64,000 nt of DNA from the NCBI GenBank assembly GCA_027003075.1, contig JALWYV010000010.1, forward strand, positions 3,900 to 67,899, given 5' to 3'. The position numbers were made by a program, and so were the translations under genes. This DNA comes from a candidate division WOR-3 bacterium (GTDB taxonomy: Bacteria; Hydrothermota; Hydrothermia; LBFQ01). Positions 41,782 to 51,903 of the stretch are shown piece by piece. The notes under the pieces are model-generated. The model was given only the letters and a program-made list of their open reading frames with translations, was not told the DNA's origin and searched no databases. Each line of letters begins with the position of its first letter. Position 1 is the stretch's first letter.

Positions 41782-42636
41782 GTGTTTCTCGTAATACTCG
41801 CCGGTAGGTTCACGTTTACGGCCGGATCCATGACGGTTATGTTCAAGGGTGGTGAGACGGTTTACGTGTTGAGCAAGGGGGTGAAGGTCAGGACGACGGA
41901 CTACGATATAGAGGGTTCCCATGGAGTCTACTACGAGAACGCCGGAATAGTTCGCCTTCAGAACGCCGATATAACCTCTGCCAACCTGAAGATGAGGGCA
42001 AAGAAACTCTACTACAGGAGGAAAAACCGCCTCCTCCGCCTCACGGGTGACGCCTACTTTGAGGACAGGTACAGGAAGGTATCCGGAGATAAGATAGTCG
42101 CGAAGGGAGATTCCGCGTGGGTGATAGGTGACGTCCTTGTAGAGTCCAAAACGAAGGGGATAGTAGTGGAGGGGGACAGCGCCTTCTACGACGGCAGGGA
42201 GGCCTTCGGATACGTTATAGGGGACGCCTACGCGAAGATACTCCGAAGGGATACGGTTGAGATCCGGGCGGACATGTTTCTCCTCCATAAGGATACCACC
42301 TTCGGTATAGGGAACGTCGTTGCCACCTCCCGGAGGTTCAGGGCCACAGGGGACACCTTCCGCGTTGTCATGGCAGATACCTCTCTGAAGAGTCTCCTCA
42401 TATTCGGAAACGCGAAGGTGGAGTGGGAGAACGGTGAAGGCTCTTCCCGTACGGTTGAGATAACCTTCAGGGACGGATACGTGGAGTACGTTATCTTCCG
42501 GGACTCCGCACGGGTGGTTTACAGGGAAGGGGGAAGTACGATAGACGTGTCCGGAAACTACATCCGGGCCTACTCGGTCAGGGACACCCTTAAACACATC
42601 TACGTGAAGGAGCTGTTTGAAGGCAGGTACAGGTAG
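41782..42636 (+). CDS. LptA/OstA-like beta-jellyroll protein
   Basis: Repeated G-x-V...G-D-x-x-x-Y strands typical of the OstA/LptA family. Confidence 0.65.
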   Translation: MFLVILAGRFTFTAGSMTVMFKGGETVYVLSKGVKVRTTDYDIEGSHGVYYENAGIVRLQNADITSANLKMRAKKLYYRRKNRLLRLTGDAYFEDRYRKVSGDKIVAKGDSAWVIGDVLVESKTKGIVVEGDSAFYDGREAFGYVIGDAYAKILRRDTVEIRADMFLLHKDTTFGIGNVVATSRRFRATGDTFRVVMADTSLKSLLIFGNAKVEWENGEGSSRTVEITFRDGYVEYVIFRDSARVVYREGGSTIDVSGNYIRAYSVRDTLKHIYVKELFEGRYR

Positions 42637-42671
42637 TACGTCTGTATTCTCCGCATTACAATACACGCACT

Positions 42672-43574
42672 ATGGAAAGGTTAAAGTGGTGGATCAGGCT
42701 ATCCAGACCGGAGTTCCATACGGTAGGCATAGCACCCGTAATTCTCGGAGCAGCCGCAGGTTACTCCGTGGCCGGGGTCTTCTACCTTCTGCCCACGGCC
42801 CTCGCAATACTTGCGGTCGTACTTATAATGCTCGCGACCTACTGGTCTGGGGAGGTCTTTGATTACGAGGTGGACGTCCTCTCTGCCCAGATGGAGAAGA
42901 ACAAGTTCTCCGGTGGTACGCTCGTCCTCCAGAGGGGCGGGGTACCCAGAGAGAAGGCCTTCATAGGTGCGGTTATAGCCTTCGTAGTAGCCGGCCTTCT
43001 GGGTCTGACCTTCCTGAGGATGGGGTACTCCTACGACCTCTTCCTCGCCGGGGTGATCGGGGGGCTGATGGGTTTCTTCTACACCACGCCGCCCTTCCGA
43101 TGGGCCTACCGTGGAGTAGGGGAAACTTTCATAGGGTTCGCCTACGGCTACCTTCCCGTCGCCGTGGGGTACCATCTTCAGACGAAGTCGTGGGACCTGC
43201 TACCCATCCTCCTTTACGGTACGCCCATAGCCGTATCCATCTTCATGGTCATACTCATAAACGAGTTCCCCGACTACCCGGCCGACCTGAGGGTGGGTAA
43301 GAAGAACCTGGTCGTACGCCTTGGAAGGAAAAGGGCTGCCGTAGTTTACGTCCTGTCGGCCGTACTCTTTACCCTGTCCATAGTTATCCCGGCAGTTCTC
43401 GGATACAGGCCTTTCCTGTACGCCCTTCCCGTTGTCCTGCTCGCCCTCTTTAACGCTTACAGAGTAGGCAGGGGGTTGTGGAAAGACAGGAAGACACTTG
43501 AGAACATCTGTGCCACGACCATAGTCATCAACCTTGGTACAGCAGTGCTGCTAACTATTGGGCTACTGCTCTAA
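42672..43574 (+). CDS. UbiA/MenA-family prenyltransferase
   Basis: EVFDYEVD, FSGG, YTTPP..YRGVGE, NEFPDYPAD..GKKNLVVRLG. Confidence 0.88.
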   Translation: MERLKWWIRLSRPEFHTVGIAPVILGAAAGYSVAGVFYLLPTALAILAVVLIMLATYWSGEVFDYEVDVLSAQMEKNKFSGGTLVLQRGGVPREKAFIGAVIAFVVAGLLGLTFLRMGYSYDLFLAGVIGGLMGFFYTTPPFRWAYRGVGETFIGFAYGYLPVAVGYHLQTKSWDLLPILLYGTPIAVSIFMVILINEFPDYPADLRVGKKNLVVRLGRKRAAVVYVLSAVLFTLSIVIPAVLGYRPFLYALPVVLLALFNAYRVGRGLWKDRKTLENICATTIVINLGTAVLLTIGLLL

Positions 43575-43624
43575 GCGGGTGTAAAGCATATATTTACGCA
43601 GGATCGTAAAGCTGAATAATCGGT

Positions 43625-44182
43625 TTATTTTATCACCTCCTCAACCCTCACCTTAAGGCCTTTCAGAACGCACGATTCAACCCCACCCTTTTCAGCAGCA
43701 ACCGAGTAAAGGACGTACTTGCCCTTCTTCAAACACCACACCTCAATAACCCTTTCGCCGGGAAGCACGATCCAGTACTCTTTGACACCGTGTTTTTCGT
43801 AAAGAGAGAACTTCTCGTACCTGTCCCTCACGTAGCTCGTAGGTGAAACTATCTCAACCACAAGGTCGGGGGGGCCGAACAGCCTGCCATGTTTGATATT
43901 CTTCAGGTTTTCGTTGGATATGAAGACTATATCAGGCTGGACGACTACGGTATCCGAAAGGATGACGTCAAAGGGGGCATCTAAAACCTGTCCGAGGTCG
44001 TTTTTCTTTACGTACTCCCAGATGAGAAACTCCAGGTCCCGCGATATCCTTTGATGCTCAAACCCCGGTGCCGGCATCTCGTACAACCTCCCGTTTATGA
44101 CCTCATAGCGTTTGTCGTCTGTAAGACGAAGGTAGTCCTCGTAGGTCCAAACTTTTGATCTCTCAACTACCGCTTCCTTCAT
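43625..44182 (-). CDS. Uma2/DUF820 PD-(D/E)XK-like endonuclease (copy 3)
   Basis: YEVING..MPAP..HQ, QPD, PDLVVEIVSP, GVKEYWIV. Confidence 0.92.
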   Translation of the reverse strand: MKEAVVERSKVWTYEDYLRLTDDKRYEVINGRLYEMPAPGFEHQRISRDLEFLIWEYVKKNDLGQVLDAPFDVILSDTVVVQPDIVFISNENLKNIKHGRLFGPPDLVVEIVSPTSYVRDRYEKFSLYEKHGVKEYWIVLPGERVIEVWCLKKGKYVLYSVAAEKGGVESCVLKGLKVRVEEVIK

Positions 44183-44726
44183 CCTCAACCTCCTTTAGAA
44201 GGTCCCTGAGTCTGAACTTCACACCTTGTAAAAGATCCACCTCCTCATCTTCACTAAAGATTTTAATCCCTTCCTCACTTACCACAACAACTTCCCTGTC
44301 TTCGGGGAAAATCCAAACCTGCCTCTTTACTCCCCACCTCCTGTAGTTCTCCATCTTCTCAATGGTGTAGGGCAGGCTATCAGAGGGTGATACTATCTCA
44401 ACCACAAGATCCGGCGGCACCTCTATCGCCCCTTTTGGAACTCCCTGTAGCCTGTTCTTAGATATTGCCACTACATCCGCCCCACGGAGGGTTAAGGGGG
44501 AACGGGAGAGTAGTAGCGCCACTTCCCCAACGGATATTCTGTATCTATCCTTTAACTTCAGGAGTAGGTTTGCTATCATAAGTTCCATCATGCCGTGAGA
44601 AAAACCTGCAGGCATCTTTCTGACCTCCTTACCCCTTACGACCTCTGAAACCTCCGCTGGGATCCTTCCGTTCAGGTAGTCCTCGTAAGTCCATATCCTC
44701 TCCTTTTCAAGAACGGCCTCCTTCAT
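44163..44726 (-). CDS. Uma2/DUF820 endonuclease (copy 2, divergent)
   Basis: MPAG..HG, RGADV, PPDLVVEIVSP, YRRWGV..VW. Confidence 0.88.
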   Translation of the reverse strand: MKEAVLEKERIWTYEDYLNGRIPAEVSEVVRGKEVRKMPAGFSHGMMELMIANLLLKLKDRYRISVGEVALLLSRSPLTLRGADVVAISKNRLQGVPKGAIEVPPDLVVEIVSPSDSLPYTIEKMENYRRWGVKRQVWIFPEDREVVVVSEEGIKIFSEDEEVDLLQGVKFRLRDLLKEVEDEGSGS

Positions 44727-45280
44727 TTCAGTACCTCCTCAACTTTCACCTTGAAGTCCTTTAAGATGCACGACTCAACCTCTCCTTTCTCTACCGCAAC
44801 CGAGTGCAGAATGTACTTATCTTCTTTCAAGCACCACACCTCAATTACCCTTTCGCCGGGCAGAACTATCCAGTACTCTTTGACTCCATGCTTTTCGTAA
44901 AGAGAGAACTTCTCGTACCTGTCCCTGTAATAACTGGACGGTGAAACTATCTCAACTACCAAATCGGGAGGGCCGAACAGTCTGCCGCGTTTAATGTTCT
45001 TCAGGTTATCGTTGGATATGAATACGATGTCAGGCTGGACGACTACGGTATCCGAAAGGATTACGTCAAAAGGGGCGGAAAGAACTTTGCCCGATGCAGC
45101 CTTTTTGGTATAGGATCGCATCAACGTATAAATCTCTCCAAGTATATCCTGATGCTCAAACCCCGGTGCGGGCATTTCTTCCAACCTCCCGTTTATCAGC
45201 TCGTACCTCTTATCGTCGTCAAGGCGAAGGTAGTCCTCGTAAGTCCATACCTTTCCTTTTTCTAAAACGGCATCCTTCAT
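44723..45280 (-). CDS. Uma2/DUF820 endonuclease (copy 1)
   Basis: Same motifs as copy 3; upstream TATAAT plus GGAGG. Confidence 0.92.
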   Translation of the reverse strand: MKDAVLEKGKVWTYEDYLRLDDDKRYELINGRLEEMPAPGFEHQDILGEIYTLMRSYTKKAASGKVLSAPFDVILSDTVVVQPDIVFISNDNLKNIKRGRLFGPPDLVVEIVSPSSYYRDRYEKFSLYEKHGVKEYWIVLPGERVIEVWCLKEDKYILHSVAVEKGEVESCILKDFKVKVEEVLK

Positions 45281-45358
45281 ATCCTCGCCTCCTTCGTAGA
45301 TTATACTGCCGAAAGCCCGGTCTAATAGGGGATACTTTCCGGGTGACCTCTTATGCCA

Positions 45359-46366
45359 TCATATAAGGTTGGACAGAATCTCCCTGAAGGCAAGGAACAG
45401 GGTGTCGGAAGGTAAATTTTCAATACGCAGGGAAAGGAACAGATAGAGAATATAGACTGCGAGGAAGAGAATTCCCCGCTTCCTTCCGAGCAGACTTCCA
45501 CGGCTGACCATCGTAAAGAACAGGAACATAGACGTGGTTAAAAGCAGGAAGATGGCGTCAAATACCGCCCTCCCGGGCAGATCTATAGGACGTATTACGG
45601 AACTCAGGCCCAGAATCATGGCAACGTTAAAGATGTTGGATCCGGAGACGTTCCCTATCGCGATGTAGGGGTTCCCGCGTATAGCCGCAACCGTAGATGT
45701 GGCGAGCTCCGGCAGAGACGTTCCCACGGCGAGGATAAAAAGGCCCACGAAAACTTTACTGAGACCGAGGGTGTCGGCTATGCCCACGGCCCCGTTGAGC
45801 GCCCACGTGGATCCGACGGCAAGGGCCACACTTCCGGCCACCACCTTAATCAGGGAAGAGGGCAGGGTACCTTTAACATCTCCATCCACCAGTTCCTCTC
45901 CATGGGAACGGAAAAGGGTGACGTACAGATAGACGGCGAAGAATAGCAGGAGGATCAAACCCTCCAACCTTGACAGGAACGCCCTCTCACCGGAAGGCAG
46001 AAACATCAGGGCCACTAAAAGTACGACGAGAAGGAGGTTAGCCGGTATCTCCCTCCTCAGGATGAGGGCGTGCCTCTTTATGGGCGATATGAGGGCGGTT
46101 ATCCCCAGTATAAGGAGTATGTTGGCTATGTTGGAACCCACTATGTTCCCCACCGTAATACCGGACTCCCCCCTTACGCTGGCCAGAACGTTTATGACCA
46201 GCTCCGGCAGGGAAGTGCCGAAGGCCACGACCGTAAGGCCGACCACTATCTCCGGTATACGGAGCCTCCGGGAAAGGTAAACTGCTCCCTCCAATAGGTA
46301 ATCCGCCCCCTTTATGAGAACCGCAAGCCCTACCACCACGAGGATAATATCCTTCATCACCCCCAT
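45359..46366 (-). CDS. Ca2+/Na+ antiporter (YrbG family)
   Basis: Two GTSLPEL...GN..GSNI alpha repeats. Confidence 0.93.
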   Translation of the reverse strand: MGVMKDIILVVVGLAVLIKGADYLLEGAVYLSRRLRIPEIVVGLTVVAFGTSLPELVINVLASVRGESGITVGNIVGSNIANILLILGITALISPIKRHALILRREIPANLLLVVLLVALMFLPSGERAFLSRLEGLILLLFFAVYLYVTLFRSHGEELVDGDVKGTLPSSLIKVVAGSVALAVGSTWALNGAVGIADTLGLSKVFVGLFILAVGTSLPELATSTVAAIRGNPYIAIGNVSGSNIFNVAMILGLSSVIRPIDLPGRAVFDAIFLLLTTSMFLFFTMVSRGSLLGRKRGILFLAVYILYLFLSLRIENLPSDTLFLAFREILSNLI

Positions 46367-46406
46367 ACCGAAAGTGTAAATTCTAAATCCGAACGGTGAA
46401 CGGGAA

Positions 46407-47903
46407 CTACCCCTCCTTTGGTCTGAGGGTGGGCAATGGTATCACGTCCCTGATGTTCTCCGAACCGGTTATGAGCATGAAGATACGGTCCAGACCGAGA
46501 CCGAGGCCTCCCGTGGGGGGCATACCGTACTCAAGGGCGGTTATGAAGTCCCAGTCCACGTCCTCTGGAAGTTCCTCGTCTTTGGCAACCTTGCGCAGCT
46601 CCACCTCCTCAAGTAGCCTTCGCTTCTGGTCAAGGGGGTCGTTCAGCTCGGAGAAGGCGTTCGCCACCTCCATACCCGCAACGAACAGCTCAAACCTCTC
46701 AACCACGCCCTCTTTTTCCCTGTGCTTACGGGCAAAAGGAGATAGTTCAAGTGGATGGTCTATTACGAAGGTGGGATCCGTGAGGTGGTCCCCGACGAAG
46801 TGATCAAATAGTTTGTCGTAGAGCTTGGCCCTCGTGGGATTCTTTACCTTTATGCCCTCCCTCCGGGCAACTTCCATCAACTTCTCGTAGGGAGCCTTCA
46901 GTACGTCAAAGCCGAGTTTCTCGTTCAGGGCATCAACGAAACTCACCCTCTTAAAGGGTCTTCTGGCGTTTATCCTCTTCCCCCTGTACTCAAACTCCTC
47001 CTCGCCTGTCAGGAGTCTCACCATGGCGTTGAAGTACTCCTCGGTAAGGTCCATGACGTCGTTGTAATCCCAGTAGGCGGCGTAGGCCTCAAGGGCCGTA
47101 AACTCCGGGTAATGGGTGGCGTCTATACCCTCGTTTCGGAAGTTCTTACCTATCTCGTATATGCGGGAGAACCCCCCCACTAAAAGTTTCTTCAGGGATA
47201 ACTCCGTGGCTATGCGGAGGTAGAGGTCGGTCTCAAGGGCGTTGGAGTAGGTTTTGAAGGGCCTGGCCGTAGCCCCTCCGTATATGGGTTGCAGGATAGG
47301 AGTCTCCAGCTCAACGAACCCCCTGTCCTCAAAAAATCGTCGGGTCTCTTTCAGGAAGAGGTAGCGACGGTAGAAGTGCTTGCGAGCCTCAAGGTTTGAT
47401 ATGAGGTAAAGGTATCTCTGCCTGTACTTCAGTTCCGGGTCCTGTATGCCGTGCCACTTCTCAGGTAACGGGTGGAGGGACTTGACGAGGAGAGTTAACC
47501 TCTCCACTAAGACAGTAGGCTCCCCCGTCTTCGTCCTTATCGTCTCCCCCTCAACTCCTATAACGTCCCCTATGTCCACGAGCTTTTCGTAAATCTTGGC
47601 GGGGTTCTTGCTTCCCTCGTACCTCTCAAGGTCAAGGCCAACGAAGAAGTCCTCGGGGGTTTTCCCCCTCTGGATCATTATCTGAATATCGGTGAAATCT
47701 CCCCGCAGGTGGGAGAATATGAGCTTCCCGAAAGGCCGCTTCGTCATTACCCTTCCGGCTATCCTGACCCTCAGACCCTCCCGGAAGTTCTCTTTCAGTT
47801 CGTCCACAGTGTGGGTGGGGTCGTAGCGGTAAGGGTAGTCCACCCCAAGAGATCGCAGAAACTCCAGTTTCTTTAAACGTACCTCGTACTCGGAGGAAGC
47901 CAT
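46407..47903 (-). CDS. lysS: Lysyl-tRNA synthetase, class II
   Basis: PLPEKWHG, YRQRYL, GGATARPF, FRNEG, YGMPPTGGLGLGLDR; ATG 47903 after TACAAT. Confidence 0.98.
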   Translation of the reverse strand: MASSEYEVRLKKLEFLRSLGVDYPYRYDPTHTVDELKENFREGLRVRIAGRVMTKRPFGKLIFSHLRGDFTDIQIMIQRGKTPEDFFVGLDLERYEGSKNPAKIYEKLVDIGDVIGVEGETIRTKTGEPTVLVERLTLLVKSLHPLPEKWHGIQDPELKYRQRYLYLISNLEARKHFYRRYLFLKETRRFFEDRGFVELETPILQPIYGGATARPFKTYSNALETDLYLRIATELSLKKLLVGGFSRIYEIGKNFRNEGIDATHYPEFTALEAYAAYWDYNDVMDLTEEYFNAMVRLLTGEEEFEYRGKRINARRPFKRVSFVDALNEKLGFDVLKAPYEKLMEVARREGIKVKNPTRAKLYDKLFDHFVGDHLTDPTFVIDHPLELSPFARKHREKEGVVERFELFVAGMEVANAFSELNDPLDQKRRLLEEVELRKVAKDEELPEDVDWDFITALEYGMPPTGGLGLGLDRIFMLITGSENIRDVIPLPTLRPKEG

Positions 47904-48009
47904 AGGCGGCGATTGTAAAGGGGACAATTCAGGTTGACTTTCCCTTCGTCCCCTCCGGCGGGCATAGATGCCGTTGTGGAAGTATCAGGTCGGCCTTAAC
48001 ATTTACCTT

Positions 48010-48639
48010 ATGCTTCTGTTCCTCCTATCTCAACCGGTTGAGTTAGAAGGTGGCTGGTGGGCTGCCCTACCTCTGAAAAGGGACACCCTGATACTGCCGG
48101 ACAACAGCGTACCTCAGGAAAAGGACGCAAAAATCGTCATAAAGGCCTACCAGAGGTTCTGGTTCGCCTATCCTAAGCACAGGTCGTACTCAGGTGCTAC
48201 GTTAAAAGCCGGGAGAAAAAGTATAGAATCCACGGACGAGGAGACAAAAAGGAAATACGAAGCGATGGGATACAGATTTTCCCACAGGAGCCGTAATGGA
48301 GACAAGTACTACGACCTTTATTACTACCCGATACCCAAGGTTGACAGTCTCATAGTCTATGTCAGGAGCAAGGAGAAGTACTGTACTGTACGTTTTGTAC
48401 CTGAACTTCGTTCCCTTAACGACAGAGGAGAAGAGGTAGAATGGGAAGGGTGGGGAACGAGAAAGGTTCACCTAAAGGAACCCGGTAAGTGGGAGAGAGT
48501 GGCGATGTATCTTTACGACCTCGTTTATCCAAATCAATCCTTTCAGCCAATATACGGTTTTACTCTTTTCGTTACGCCTCCGTTAGGCTCAACTGACTCC
48601 TGTGCCACGTTTGAGGTAGGGCCGATATATTTGAAGTAA
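48010..48639 (+). CDS. Hypothetical exported protein
   Basis: ORF starting MLLFLLSQP after TAACAT; ends VGPIYLK. Confidence 0.55.
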   Translation: MLLFLLSQPVELEGGWWAALPLKRDTLILPDNSVPQEKDAKIVIKAYQRFWFAYPKHRSYSGATLKAGRKSIESTDEETKRKYEAMGYRFSHRSRNGDKYYDLYYYPIPKVDSLIVYVRSKEKYCTVRFVPELRSLNDRGEEVEWEGWGTRKVHLKEPGKWERVAMYLYDLVYPNQSFQPIYGFTLFVTPPLGSTDSCATFEVGPIYLK

Positions 48640-48643
48640 CTTT

Positions 48644-48862
48644 CTACTTCTCAACCTCTACCAGCTTATCCTTTCCCCTGTGTCCCCTAACTATCTTAAC
48701 CCGTGATTTCGGAACACTGAAATATTCCGCCAGAACCTCTATCAGTTCACCGTTAGCCTTTCCCTCACGGGCGGGAGACCTTACCCATACGATGAGCGTA
48801 TCCCCGCTCTCCTCAACCTTAACCTGCTTCGCCCCCGGCTTGACCTTCACCTTTACCCGCAT
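48644..48862 (-). CDS. DUF167 (YggU-like) protein
   Basis: VKPGAK..PAREGKANGEL..GHRGKDK. Confidence 0.9.
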   Translation of the reverse strand: MRVKVKVKPGAKQVKVEESGDTLIVWVRSPAREGKANGELIEVLAEYFSVPKSRVKIVRGHRGKDKLVEVEK

Positions 48863-49683
48863 CAGTCCTTCATGCCTCCCCGTGCGTACACTTCGGTTAT
48901 CTGCCTCTGGAAGATGGCGAATACTATAAGTGCGGGTAGGGCGCTCAGAAAGGAGGCCGCCATAAGGGCGGGGTAGTTGGAGACCTCACCCTGTGAGAAG
49001 TAGGCCACGGCCAGCTGTATGGGCCTGAGGTTCTTGTTTGAGACCACGAGGAGAGGCCACAGGAAGGAGTTCCACGTGTAGACGGCGCTGAAGACTATAA
49101 CGGTTATGAGTACGGGCTTTATTATCGGAACGGCCACCTTTAAAAGGAACGTCAGGTCGTTCCCTCCGTCCACGTATATGGCGTCCCGTAGTTCTCTGGG
49201 TATACTGCGGAAAGCCTGCCTCAGGAGGAAGATGGAATATATGTTCGCCATCCACGGAACGACAAGACCCGCGAACGTATCCACCATTCCGAGTTTCTGT
49301 ACCACGATGAACAGCTGAAGTATGAATACGGGCATGGGTATGGACGCCATCACCAAGAGGAAGGAGAAGAGGATCTCCCGACCCTTAAAGTCTATCCACG
49401 AGAAGGCGTAGGCGGCCAGTGTGGAGGTTATCACCTCGCCGCTCACGATGAAGAGGATCATACCGAGGGTGACGAGTACGCTAACGCCTAAGTTGAGTTT
49501 GGTGAAGACGAGCCGGTAGGCCTCAAAGGTTATCTCCTTCGGCCACAGGGTAGGGGGGAAGAGTATGGCTTCGGCCTGAGTCTTGAGGGAGGTTATGAAC
49601 ATCCAGTAAAAGGGGAAGAACGTAAAGAGCAGGAGCAGTATTACGCCGCCCCCTATAACCAAGGCTCTGACGTACTTACCCAC
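48862..49683 (-). CDS. Carbohydrate ABC transporter permease (MalG/UgpE-like)
   Basis: PFYWMFITSLK, EAA-like ELRDAIYVDGG, WNSFLWPL. Confidence 0.9.
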   Translation of the reverse strand: MGKYVRALVIGGGVILLLLFTFFPFYWMFITSLKTQAEAILFPPTLWPKEITFEAYRLVFTKLNLGVSVLVTLGMILFIVSGEVITSTLAAYAFSWIDFKGREILFSFLLVMASIPMPVFILQLFIVVQKLGMVDTFAGLVVPWMANIYSIFLLRQAFRSIPRELRDAIYVDGGNDLTFLLKVAVPIIKPVLITVIVFSAVYTWNSFLWPLLVVSNKNLRPIQLAVAYFSQGEVSNYPALMAASFLSALPALIVFAIFQRQITEVYARGGMKD

Positions 49684-50338
49684 CGAAGACCTCCCCGTAT
49701 ATGCCCTTGACGGCGTTGGGGTCGGAAGTTTCCTTCACTATCTTCCCGTCCTTGAGGAACACGAAGCGGGTCGCAAACCCCGCCAGCTCGTCTATCTGGT
49801 GGGAGGTGAAGAGGAACGTCCTATCCGCTCTCCTCTCCATCATCTTTATCACCTTTTCCCGAAGGAGGAAGTCAAGGGCGGATAACGGTTCGTCCACGAG
49901 GTAAAGGGGTACGTCCTTTGCCATACCCAGGGCCACCCTCACCAGCATCCTCTGCCCCTTGGAGAGGCTCCCGTACTTCACGTTTTCCGGAAGGGCTATC
50001 AGGCTCAGGAATTCACGGTAGTAGTCCAGATCAAACGGCCAGAAACGGGCGGAGAAGTTTCCGAGGTATCCGAGCGAGAACCCCTCGTAAAGGTTGTCGT
50101 TCTCACTGACGTAGGATATTACGCTTCGGCTTTGAGGCGATGGAACCCTGTACCCCATAACGGTTATCTCGCCGGACTGGAAAGGCTCAACGTTGGCTAT
50201 GACCTTCAGCAGGGTACTCTTACCGTACCCGTTGGGAGCCAGCAAAAACACCCTCTCACCTTCGCCCACCTCCAGATCAAGTCCCTTCAACACGGGCCTG
50301 CGTCCGTAGGTCTTATAAAGTCCCTTTACGTGGAGCAA
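49676..50338 (-). CDS. ABC transporter ATP-binding protein
   Basis: APNGYGKST, LSKGQ, LVDEP, SH; probable TTG start at 50338 after TATAAT. Confidence 0.88.
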   Translation of the reverse strand: MLHVKGLYKTYGRRPVLKGLDLEVGEGERVFLLAPNGYGKSTLLKVIANVEPFQSGEITVMGYRVPSPQSRSVISYVSENDNLYEGFSLGYLGNFSARFWPFDLDYYREFLSLIALPENVKYGSLSKGQRMLVRVALGMAKDVPLYLVDEPLSALDFLLREKVIKMMERRADRTFLFTSHQIDELAGFATRFVFLKDGKIVKETSDPNAVKGIYGEVFGG

Positions 50339-50454
50339 GAAGGTTATTATAGGGGTGGTCGCCGTGCGGTACTTTAGCAACCACCGTGCTACCCACGATC
50401 CTTCAAATAACAAACGATTTGTAAATTCTAACACATCACCTTTAACATCCGGCT

Positions 50455-51105
50455 ATGCGGAGGATACCCTTTGCAATACTGTCGTTCGGCGGACTTTCCT
50501 GCCTTAGTATGCCCGCCCAGTACGATACGGCGAGCGCTCCGGATGGAGGTAAGGCCGTAGCAGGCGTAAGCGTCGTAGCCATGGGTGGGACCTACGAGGT
50601 CCCCACGGACGACGTGGGGCTTTCCGACCCCCAACCCTACACCCTCGGGGGTCTCAGGGGGGACTTTCAGGCCGGATACGGTTTCGCCAGGGCCGTTGAG
50701 ATCGGATTTCAGAGCGGACTCTTTGCGGGCGTATTCTCATCCGACGGAGACTCCCCGTCTTACACCTCCACGTTTCAGGGAGACCTCTACCCCTACGGCA
50801 AATTCGCCCTCTCTTCGGGAAACCTCCATTTTGCCCTTAAACTCGCTGCGGGTGGGGGACTCGTTTACATGTCGGGGGACGCTATACCCTTTCCCATCCT
50901 CGGAGTCTACTCCGACCTGTTGGTGGGCATGGGGGATCCCGAAAAGTTCACCTTCGGTATAAGGGCATCCACACACCAGCCGCACCTATCCCTTCTGTTT
51001 GCCTTCAGGGTATCGGGGCTGATCTTCGGATCAACGGCAGGTTTCGTTCCCATGAGAGGAAGCTACCGGGCCGGTCTCTACATAGGTGTTGCGAAGGCCC
51101 TGTAA
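50455..51105 (+). CDS. Hypothetical lipoprotein / beta-rich membrane protein
   Basis: Lipobox-like GLSC; amphipathic beta strands. Confidence 0.55.
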   Translation: MRRIPFAILSFGGLSCLSMPAQYDTASAPDGGKAVAGVSVVAMGGTYEVPTDDVGLSDPQPYTLGGLRGDFQAGYGFARAVEIGFQSGLFAGVFSSDGDSPSYTSTFQGDLYPYGKFALSSGNLHFALKLAAGGGLVYMSGDAIPFPILGVYSDLLVGMGDPEKFTFGIRASTHQPHLSLLFAFRVSGLIFGSTAGFVPMRGSYRAGLYIGVAKAL

Positions 51106-51138
51106 TCGTACGTACGTCCCACCGTAAAATTCGGTGTC

Positions 51139-51879
51139 ATGTTGATATTCCTTACGGCGGGCTACTTCAAGCACCCCGAAACGGTACTGTGGGTTGAGGA
51201 CAGGATGTTCGTGAGCGATATCGGTGAGTTCGGCAAACGGGACGGGAAGGTGTACGTGAAGAGGGGAAGGAGGTGGAGCGTATGGGCGTCCTATCTGAAG
51301 GATCCGAAGGGGATGGCCTTCTGCCGTGGGGTCCTGTACGTCGCCGACGTGGACCGGATATGGGCGGTGAAGGACAGGTCGGCCGTCTTCATGGTGGTGG
51401 GTCCGAAGGACTTCAAGGCCGAATTCCTGAACGGAATGGCATGCGGGATAGGGGGGAAGGTCCTGACCAGCGACACCTTCGGGGACGCCGTCTACGAGGT
51501 GGATCCGGTGAAGAAGACCGTTAAAAAGCTCCTGACGGTTGAGAAACCCAACGGTCTGGCCGTGGATCCGCGGGGCAACCTCTACATAATCACCTTCACG
51601 AAGCCGGGGAGGATACTCAGATGGAACGGCCAAAATCTGGACACCGTTCTCGTCTCCCACGACATAGACGGGGGCGATGGCCTGATATACGCTGAGGAAG
51701 AAGACGTACTCCTCGCATCCGGATACGAGTCCGGGAAAGTCCTTAAGGTGAACCTGAACGGCACGTACTCCGTCGTTGCAAAGGGACTGCGGACCCCGGC
51801 GGGTATAGGGTTTGACGGCCGGCACGTTTACGTACCTCTGCTTGAGGCCGGCGATATAAAGAAGTTCAAAGTGTTCTGA
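51139..51879 (+). CDS. SMP-30/gluconolactonase-like beta-propeller protein
   Basis: HPE, DPKGM, FLNG, PNGL, GDGL, PAGIG blade motifs. Confidence 0.8.
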   Translation: MLIFLTAGYFKHPETVLWVEDRMFVSDIGEFGKRDGKVYVKRGRRWSVWASYLKDPKGMAFCRGVLYVADVDRIWAVKDRSAVFMVVGPKDFKAEFLNGMACGIGGKVLTSDTFGDAVYEVDPVKKTVKKLLTVEKPNGLAVDPRGNLYIITFTKPGRILRWNGQNLDTVLVSHDIDGGDGLIYAEEEDVLLASGYESGKVLKVNLNGTYSVVAKGLRTPAGIGFDGRHVYVPLLEAGDIKKFKVF

Positions 51880-51903
51880 CAGTACGACCGTAGAATCGGA
51901 GGG

